DNA of 41,941 nucleotides from a virus, in UHGV virus genome UHGV-1354005, one strand, 5' to 3'. Below are positions 35,901-41,941 of the stretch, piece after piece. Position numbers and translations under genes: made by a program. How positions within the stretch are numbered: the stretch's first letter is position 1; each line of letters begins with the position of its first letter. Below the pieces are notes generated by a model, which saw only the letters and a program-made list of their open reading frames with translations, made no database searches and was not told where the DNA came from.

Positions 35901-38900
35901 TGGCGCATCGGAAAGGTCTATAGGCCAGCTCCACAAATTGCAGAGGAGCATGATAAAGCTTTCGGAAAGGTTTTCTCAAGGGAAGCTGACCGAACGAGGA
36001 CAACAGAAAGCGTTACTGAATTCTGTTCTCTCTATCGCTAATGCAATGGCTTCCGGTAGCCGGAAGTTTATCTCCAACCAACTAGCCGAAAGGCTTGCGA
36101 ACCCCAAGAGCAACGAAGCGTTTAATGCGGACATGAAGACTGCATTGGATGCCACAGTAGCGGCCTTGAACGAAAGAGCGGAGGCGGCGAGCCGGAAGCA
36201 GTTGGAGCGCATTATTCAGGACGAGATAAACAGGAGGGTTGAGCAAGCGGACGCTAAAGCCAAGAAGGATTTCAACAGGGAAATGAAATTCCTCCGGGGT
36301 TTAATCTCCAAGGAAATAAGGAAAGACATCAAGGAGGAAAGAGCGGAGGCGGCGGCAGAGAAGAAGCTTGCCAGTAAGAGCATACAGAGCTTGCGAAGGC
36401 TTGCCGAGAATGCTTTTAAGGACACCAAGGGGCGCTCTCGTTCTTTGGATGCACAAGCCAGAGAGGAGACTATGGATGCCCTTGAGGTTATGGCTATGTC
36501 TCCTTCCGAAGTTGCAACCCAGCTTGAAGTCTTGGATAGCACCATAGACGAGCTTCAAAACCAGCCTGCCACAGAAGAACTTGCTCTGGAACTGGAAAAT
36601 CTGGAAAACCAAAAGAATCTCCTTGAGGTGTTTGGTAGTGCGTTGTATCGGGAGAAGATGCCTAACGGAAGGTATAAGTATGCTCTCAATGCACAGCAAC
36701 TTGCGGAAGCAGTTAAGACATTGAAGGAGCTACAGCGTGAAGGGCGACTCCGCAGGAAAAAGGTTAATGAACGTATTGAGCGCTTCTATAATGATTTTAA
36801 CGCTAAAATCAATGAGCGAGTAGGAGGAGAGAAGAATCGTGATGCCCTTAGAAAAGCCGTAATGGAAAGGGACCAACGGGGGACGGGCTTTTTGGATAGA
36901 ATCTTCACGCAATTCATGAGCCTTCAACAACTCCTCGAAGTGATGTCTTCCATGAAATCCTTTAAGGACATAGGGACATTCTTGCAGAACAACGTCCAAT
37001 TCGCAGAGCAACAGCGAGGGGTAGAAAAAGAAAAGGCTACGTCCAATGCGATTCGCATCATGCGTGGAATGATGGAGATTGCAGGGCAGAACTCTCCAAG
37101 ATATTTTGATGAGCTTTCTACAAAAACTATTCCCTTTATGGGGCATGAGCTAACCAAGTATGGCCTTGTAAAAGTCTATCAGACATTGAGAGAGAAGGAT
37201 GGCTTGGATGTGTTGAGAGAAAACCTTGGAGACAAGGGAATGGATTTCGGCAACTATCGTAAGTACCAACAGGAGTTGGAGGGCTTAAACAAGAGCCTTG
37301 ATGATGGTGCCATTACTTCCGAAGAGTTTGAATCCAAGTTGGAAACCATTGAAGAAGAATACCTTGCGAGGAAGGAAAAAGATATTGCCAAGCTGTTGGA
37401 ATTGCTGGGGCCGGATGGGCTTTACCTTGCTGACGAATTACAGAACCTGTATCGGGAAAAGGGCGAGAAGCTACGGGCGTTCATGGCAGAGAACTATGGC
37501 CAGACGGTTATCCTTGATGACTACTATACGCCCCGCAATATTGCCGCCTATAATACAATGCAAGAAGGGGATATGGATGCTTACAGTAAGGGACACGTCA
37601 CAAGGACGGGCTTGCCCTCTTACGCAAAGCACCGGAACACTCCCTCTTCGGCGGCGCTCTCTCTGGAAATAAACCCTCTTGGGGAATATCTTCGTTATAG
37701 CTCTATCATGGAGGGGTGGATGACAGCTTCGGAACTGGTCAACTTCAACAACCGGGTATGGGCTAATCCCACCACGAACGCCCAGTTGCAGAAATTATTA
37801 GGCCCAGCCAATTTCGAGGCGGCAAACAAAGCCCTGTATTACTTCATCAACGAGGGGCGTGTGTATGCCCAAAAGAGCGTGTTGGCAGAGGTAATGGGGA
37901 AAGTGTTCCAAGTATTGGCTAAGACAAGGATTGCTTTCTCCTTGGCTTCTCTGGTGCGCTCTGGGGCGGCTTTGTTCAACCCTATCGTTGGTAGCAACTT
38001 CTCCATGATGGAAATTATCAAAGGCGTGGCAGAGGTGACAAGCGGGAACTATAAAGGTTTTACCCTTGAAGAGCTTCGTGACTTGGAGGCAATGAAGGAA
38101 CGTAAGTACCGTGGATGGGAAGACCGTGTGCTTGCCGATAAGGCATTAAGCATTCCCCTGAAAAAACAAGCGCAATGGGGATATTGGCAGGAAGCGGGCA
38201 TGAGCGGCCTTATGGCTTTTGACTGGTGGAGCATATCTTTTGTGAACCAGCTGACCTCCCACATGCTTGCTAATCGCGGTTTGTCGCATGAACAGATAAG
38301 ATGGGAGCTTAATAAAAACATCTACCAGACGGCACAGCCTTTATCTACCTCCGCTAAGGCTATCCACTTGATAGGTGGAAGCTCATTTGAGCAAGCCCAG
38401 TTCCTTTTCTTGTCTGACGTGATGAACAAGTTCGGCCTAGTGATGATGCAAGGCAAAAAGGATGTTCCTTTCTGGGAGGCTTTTCAGGGAGCCTTTCGTG
38501 TTTATACTATTGCCGCTCTTGCTAATGGTCTCTTCAACGGCTTGGCTACAGGTTTATTTGGCGACAAAGACAAAGAGGATGACTTCATGAGCAACCTCTT
38601 ATTGACTGCGGCATTGAGTCCTATTGTCTCTGTTCCTATGTTCGGCGGGTTTGCAGAGTGGTGCGCTTCCCTTATTAGCGGTGGTAAGCAATTCAGTCTG
38701 GGACGAGCCGATATGGCTGATTTATCCAAATCAATTCAAGGCTTAGTCAGAAGTATTGTGAAGACGTATGAGACTGTATCGGAAAAATGGGACAAGGAAG
38801 GTGCTTTGACTACCAATGATTACATTGATATGGTTTCCTATGTAGGCAAAAATATTGGGAGTGTCGCATCGGCTACCACAATATTTGGTACTTCTGGGCA

Positions 38901-39165
38901 GAGTATGACCAAAGCTCTAGAGATGGTAGGTGCATTATCAAATGCCCTTTCACAAGCTAAGACGACCACACAGAAATTCCTTCCAGAGTCAGTAAATCCC
39001 CTCTACACCGAAAAAGAAGCTATGAAGGAGAGGGCTAGGCAGATAAGAAGGGAGAAGAAGAAGGCCAAGCAGGAAAACGGCGAAAGGTCAGCAACCTACA
39101 GAAAACTTTCACGGGAATTAAGGCAAATAAACAAACAGTTGAAGATAAGGGGCTGGGAAGACTAG
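32971..39165 (+). CDS. giant 2064-aa virion protein (tape-measure-like or ejection-protein-like)
   Basis: It has a Gly/Ala-rich hydrophobic segment (TGSSLLASPGGPVAMAATGTAVGSMVYGSTVG...), long coiled-coil stretches and a basic C-terminal tail. The true start is probably the ATG near 33001. Confidence 0.5.
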   Translation: MRTGTAYKTFMPETLDPLNLNPSSTISDAIGGEALEEQAQQQMQEQVSREAQGISNGVQEGAWAEKALSSKRKLREDLDEYLKLQATATPDDPPEFLNALADRRNQLINSGIDPDYEKYRDKIDRIQGKIYAITQNINPKTGLFGVVPTEDVKDSRLGTLLTAEQIGYFNSLPKSMQDEFIFEGIVETFFPQGGMDKVTALGLLKEHYQTDSMHGVVSKYAQELQRNKDEEIAYNEASTRFFDSFIETGGDYQKAIDSLEGNLNLYAENIFNQEPALKYIYQRAYNSVSWIKDEYIESGELDWDKMADRLLKLGEGETFSLAIQMLPYMLPKDDRTWLTQAIDDTASDVSRFARLMVDGGGDSAQAERLALAIQQEYRQGRDMPTSWIGRAFKAATDQVPKVAAVTGSSLLASPGGPVAMAATGTAVGSMVYGSTVGLEAYRTNSSRAGALTYGVTVGALEGLLENVTLGVGALASKGIKVAEAGRKMASVAGKVPATVRGAAAGALSEYTQEVIADPIYVGLENVMRSAGFELTQQNTLKNWWETLDFTAPELLGATAILGGSIGAVGGYQANHLINRVGRSASALQAYGVPESEAVAIAEMPDGKERTNRLISALRNNRVSPDVQITNQQAGIFLNFLAKNAERFKDVELMPEISDNGDGTFNIVERDPVSGAEKVTTVTDEIAGTFMSQALQSNPGFIRALNIFAQEEIESGLGKETKIKSYTPDELRAKIQSTEDNNATIARLRALAVINQDPELLQSFRDGKVSIEDVANELEIVSAYRDGTIAVARGEANPLNILEEIIHARAISDLESGVISRSVIETQVRNYLEFLGRSAEEIGDLSNDVVLQEHLANMGKALATTPELFSAMPGNVQTILEWQKDAIAEVGNVFAEGALIKEAIEQGIVSPDFVKWSKSLATMAERRDGQDMAELVNGATGESILPMGQSLPSVRRRGTINVTPSVRTINEAISNIVNGASERSIGQLHKLQRSMIKLSERFSQGKLTERGQQKALLNSVLSIANAMASGSRKFISNQLAERLANPKSNEAFNADMKTALDATVAALNERAEAASRKQLERIIQDEINRRVEQADAKAKKDFNREMKFLRGLISKEIRKDIKEERAEAAAEKKLASKSIQSLRRLAENAFKDTKGRSRSLDAQAREETMDALEVMAMSPSEVATQLEVLDSTIDELQNQPATEELALELENLENQKNLLEVFGSALYREKMPNGRYKYALNAQQLAEAVKTLKELQREGRLRRKKVNERIERFYNDFNAKINERVGGEKNRDALRKAVMERDQRGTGFLDRIFTQFMSLQQLLEVMSSMKSFKDIGTFLQNNVQFAEQQRGVEKEKATSNAIRIMRGMMEIAGQNSPRYFDELSTKTIPFMGHELTKYGLVKVYQTLREKDGLDVLRENLGDKGMDFGNYRKYQQELEGLNKSLDDGAITSEEFESKLETIEEEYLARKEKDIAKLLELLGPDGLYLADELQNLYREKGEKLRAFMAENYGQTVILDDYYTPRNIAAYNTMQEGDMDAYSKGHVTRTGLPSYAKHRNTPSSAALSLEINPLGEYLRYSSIMEGWMTASELVNFNNRVWANPTTNAQLQKLLGPANFEAANKALYYFINEGRVYAQKSVLAEVMGKVFQVLAKTRIAFSLASLVRSGAALFNPIVGSNFSMMEIIKGVAEVTSGNYKGFTLEELRDLEAMKERKYRGWEDRVLADKALSIPLKKQAQWGYWQEAGMSGLMAFDWWSISFVNQLTSHMLANRGLSHEQIRWELNKNIYQTAQPLSTSAKAIHLIGGSSFEQAQFLFLSDVMNKFGLVMMQGKKDVPFWEAFQGAFRVYTIAALANGLFNGLATGLFGDKDKEDDFMSNLLLTAALSPIVSVPMFGGFAEWCASLISGGKQFSLGRADMADLSKSIQGLVRSIVKTYETVSEKWDKEGALTTNDYIDMVSYVGKNIGSVASATTIFGTSGQSMTKALEMVGALSNALSQAKTTTQKFLPESVNPLYTEKEAMKERARQIRREKKKAKQENGERSATYRKLSRELRQINKQLKIRGWED

Positions 39166-39195
39166 TCCCCACCCTCAACCTAACCAATACTAACA

Positions 39196-40047
39196 ATGGC
39201 AACGAAAAAAAAGGTAAAAGCAGTAGAGCCGGAAGTGGTTTCCTCTGTTGAGCCAGAGGTGGCGGCAGTCCCCATGACAATGGCGGCGGCCACACCTCGC
39301 GCCAACGGACAGTCGACCAACGGTTTTGCTAAGGTAGAACAGGGGAAATCCTATGTTCTATCCGTCAATGCCCCTTCTGGTTCGGGAGAAGTCGAACTAT
39401 TGGCGGCAGATAGTGATACACAAAGCGAACCTGACATGTTTTCTCTTCTTTACACGAAAGTGGAGAACTCTATGCAGATTCCCTTTGTGGCTGTTTCTTC
39501 TTGGGTATATGTGCAAGCAGGTAATAGTAACATTAACTGGCTTGTAACACCGGCAAATTTTAGTCTCGCCGTTCCCGGTGTGTCGTCCGGTGGCGGCGAA
39601 AGCTTTGACCCGGAAGCGCCCCAAAAGATTTCAGGTGACTGGCAGTTTACAGGCGAATTAATTAGAACGGTAAAGGCATCCCCAGCGGCCAATGATGTCT
39701 TGAACAAGGCAATGGGGGATAACCTTTATATGACGCTTGATACCGAGCAAGAAGTTCAAGGGGCAAAAAATTTTGAAGGTAATATAAAAATACGAACAAT
39801 CCAGTCAGATATTACCGATAAAGGGCCTACTGTTAAACTGGTAATTTGGACATTCCTATGCAACAACGGGAATATGGTTATATACCAGTACACCACCACC
39901 TCTTTGGTTGGCTTACAAAGTGCTGACACAGGAGGCGGTTTCAATGTGGCTAAAAACGGCCAAGCCACCTGTGAAAACTCTCTTCTGGTAAGGGGGGGGT
40001 ACGACAATAAACTCTTTAAGTGCTACAGGGCCAGCGACTTTCGATAA
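39196..40047 (+). CDS. tail-fibre-like protein, N-terminal part (reading frame disrupted at a G8 tract)
   Basis: 283-aa ORF whose last 17 codons follow a G8 run at 39992-39999. The -1 frame continues as a tail-fibre-like sequence. Confidence 0.5.
   Translation: MATKKKVKAVEPEVVSSVEPEVAAVPMTMAAATPRANGQSTNGFAKVEQGKSYVLSVNAPSGSGEVELLAADSDTQSEPDMFSLLYTKVENSMQIPFVAVSSWVYVQAGNSNINWLVTPANFSLAVPGVSSGGGESFDPEAPQKISGDWQFTGELIRTVKASPAANDVLNKAMGDNLYMTLDTEQEVQGAKNFEGNIKIRTIQSDITDKGPTVKLVIWTFLCNNGNMVIYQYTTTSLVGLQSADTGGGFNVAKNGQATCENSLLVRGGYDNKLFKCYRASDFR
39992..39999 (+). repeat. G8 homopolymer inside coding sequence (frameshift or phase-variation site)
   Basis: Counted directly as aggggggggt. Confidence 0.9.
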
Positions 40048-40078
40048 TACTGTAACTGTTACAGCAGGAAACAAAATT

Positions 40079-40291
40079 TTGAGTTCTGTTATAGCACAGG
40101 ATGATTTGACTGAAACAACGGTTGCTCCTGTAGGAAGTAACGATGCAAGGTATATTCAATTCAAATCCATGACCAAGGCAGAATATAACGCTTTGGAAAC
40201 GAAGAGCAATTCAACCATTTACTTTTTAACCGACCAGAATATGTGGGCTATCGGCGACAAGGAGCTTGTCACGTCTGATATGCCCGCTTAG
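40079..40291 (+). CDS. C-terminal tail-fibre domain, reachable only by a -1 shift at G8 (no ATG; track start is TTG)
   Basis: The frame is open from the G8 tract. It reads GGTTINSLSATGPATFDNTVTVTAGNKILSS..., a typical tail-fibre repeat pattern. Confidence 0.45.
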   Translation: MSSVIAQDDLTETTVAPVGSNDARYIQFKSMTKAEYNALETKSNSTIYFLTDQNMWAIGDKELVTSDMPA

Positions 40292-40296
40292 TTGGT

Positions 40297-40307
40297 GGGG
40301 GGGGGGG
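40297..40307 (+). repeat. G11 homopolymer, intergenic, 5 nt after the TAG stop
   Basis: Counted directly as gttggt followed by G11 and then tga. Confidence 0.9.
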
Positions 40308-40395
40308 TGAATAACTCTCTCTCCACCAGTTACTTACAGAAACAAATGAAGATTTGGGCCAAGTGTCCATACCCAACAACGAAGAAGAAGAATCA

Positions 40396-40824
40396 ATGTA
40401 CATTAGAACTATTCCTTTAGTAGCGGAATCTGGTTATGCTACCAACGACGCTGTACTTCCGGCAGAAGCACCTTCTGGGGTTTATGAAGTTTTAATCCCT
40501 AATTTCGGCGTCCAAAGTACCTATACTATTGTAGCATACAACCAAGGCTCCGGCAATAATCGTCCAGACATTATTAAAACTTTGGAAGACTGTAATCAAC
40601 CTCTGATATATAACGGAGACTACTCTGATTTTTCAGGGTGGAGTTATGAAAACGAAACTGGCGGTTCGACTATAGCTATTCCAGTTGGAGCTAATGTTGT
40701 TCGTTTGAGTTGTTACTTTCAGCACGTTATTGGCGAAGCAACTTCCTTGATTACGGTATCTTGCAATAATGGCTTCACTCAAGGAAACACTATCGGTTCT
40801 ATTGTGGTTCGTCAATTAGCATAA
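40396..40824 (+). CDS. hypothetical protein (fibre-associated?)
   Basis: The frame is open from 40315. The first ATG is at 40396 (MYIRTIPLV...), while the track's TTG start lies at 40354. About 142 aa. Confidence 0.4.
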   Translation: MYIRTIPLVAESGYATNDAVLPAEAPSGVYEVLIPNFGVQSTYTIVAYNQGSGNNRPDIIKTLEDCNQPLIYNGDYSDFSGWSYENETGGSTIAIPVGANVVRLSCYFQHVIGEATSLITVSCNNGFTQGNTIGSIVVRQLA

Positions 40825-40829
40825 CTACT

Positions 40830-41207
40830 ATGATTTTAAGAGCAGTTTTTCAAGAAGTCGGAGAATACGATAAAGCCACTATTTCCCCTATGCAACTGGA
40901 TGATTGGAGATTGCTTTCACCGGAAGACCTCCCAGAACATCTTCAAGAGGTTTGGACTAAACTCAAGGACGAAATGGCTTCATTAAAAGAGGGATGGATT
41001 GTCAACGAGTTTGAAGTCTTCCCTTCTCTAGAGAAACCAGACAAGGAGATTGAGATAAAAGTCACGGCCAGAAACAAAATAAACAATCTTCCTCAACCTC
41101 ATGTTCCTATGAAAATTTTTACTTTTAACGAGATTCCTACTCTTAAAAGAGAAGATAAAGAGGTTATTGAGTTTTTGAGATGGTTTAAAGAAACAAAGCC
41201 AGAATAA
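40830..41207 (+). CDS. hypothetical protein
   Basis: 125 aa and acidic. It is the last rightward ORF before a terminator. Confidence 0.4.
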   Translation: MILRAVFQEVGEYDKATISPMQLDDWRLLSPEDLPEHLQEVWTKLKDEMASLKEGWIVNEFEVFPSLEKPDKEIEIKVTARNKINNLPQPHVPMKIFTFNEIPTLKREDKEVIEFLRWFKETKPE

Positions 41208-41290
41208 AGCTTGACCGATAGAGTCTATTAAGCTATCATCCACCTGTATTCATCAAACAGTGGATGCCATTGCGTTAATGTCACCATTCT

Positions 41291-41341
41291 CCGAGGGCGC
41301 AGGGTTTTTGCTCATGTTTTACCTGCGCCCTCGGTTTTTTT
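41291..41341 (+). terminator. rho-independent terminator
   Basis: ccgagggcgcagg pairs with cctgcgccctcgg in a 13-bp stem, followed by a T7 run. Confidence 0.55.
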
Positions 41342-41941
41342 GTGCCAGTTGAGGTGGGCCTAAAAAAATAACCCTTGTATGACACAATTATAAATCCCTT
41401 ATAATAAGGACATTGTAATAAATCTCCAAGCAATCCTCGCCTTTTTTATGTCAAACTTTAGGCTTGATTTTTTGAGGGGTGTGTCGTTAAAATCTTGTTC
41501 AAGGAACAGGGCGGTTAAGTTGATTGTTTTCCTTTGGCCGCTCCAAGGCTCAATCTCCCTCGTGGTTAGCAACAACCAAGTGTTTAGCAAATAACTTGGT
41601 TCTCTACAAGAAAAGAGTTCGGATATGGCAAGCATATCCTTCATGATTTTTCAAAAGTTTTGATTTACGCCTATCGGCTATGGAGCCAAACAAAGTTGTG
41701 GGCTTGGTTAGAGAAACAAAGGGATTAGAAAATAAATGGTTTTAAAACAGTTCTAATTTGGAACACGTTGGTTAGATAAAGTATGTAAGAATAAACCATT
41801 TAATATTTAATTATCAGTTTTATTCCTTCGTTCGACTAACAGGTTGCATAGAGCGGCTAACAAGAGAGCCAAGTTCGAAGGTGTTAGCGAAACGATAACA
41901 TAGACCACTTCGAAGTTATTAACTACCGTCTCCAACCACAA

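Noticed and set aside
1-41941. tRNA or rRNA genes
   Set aside because: I scanned for T-loop-like GGTTCGANTCC or GTTCAAATC motifs and cloverleaf-sized GC-rich islands in the intergenic regions (1100-1280, 14700-15420, 23130-23600, 41210-41941). None were found. The hairpins seen are better explained as terminators. A covariance-model scan would be needed to exclude them fully.

Overview
The window looks like a near-complete, roughly 42-kb tailed dsDNA phage or prophage genome with divergent architecture. The host is probably a Bacteroidetes: genes lack Shine-Dalgarno sequences and TAnnTTTG-type -7 motifs are present. The left arm (2.4-7.6 kb, minus strand) carries an early recombination/replication module. 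It encodes a RuvC-like resolvase, an AT-hook protein, a MazG-like pyrophosphohydrolase, a Cas4-like PD-(D/E)xK nuclease with an Fe-S cysteine cluster, a putative annealing protein and zinc-ribbon proteins. A DnaC/IstB-like ATPase follows on the plus strand. An AT-rich island at 8.8-14.4 kb holds twelve tightly packed leftward genes. It includes a class-II glutamine amidotransferase (Ntn hydrolase, Cys nucleophile, HNG motif), a glutamine-synthetase-like amidoligase candidate and a GGCT-like protein. Together these form a candidate and largely uncharacterised peptide or metabolite ligation system, and this island is the most interesting part of the window. A roughly 1.1-kb non-coding control region at 14.44-15.55 kb has a CT-rich tract, G8 and G9 runs with G-quadruplex potential, and inverted TTGACAAG repeats. 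It is followed by an extremely purine-rich, C-depleted segment of about 4.3 kb. That segment begins the rightward late operon: charged ORFs, an Amidase_3 endolysin and the terminase large subunit. The late operon continues with portal, scaffold, major capsid, giant structural proteins of 1430, 652 and 2064 aa, and a tail-fibre-like gene. The tail-fibre-like gene is interrupted by a G8 homopolymer frameshift and is followed by an intergenic G11 tract. Small membrane proteins at 1.2-1.9 kb look like the lysis end of the same operon, which implies that the window start is arbitrary on a circular or permuted genome. I found no rRNA, tRNA or CRISPR. All calls rest on motif-level reading of the translations, since no database searches could be run.
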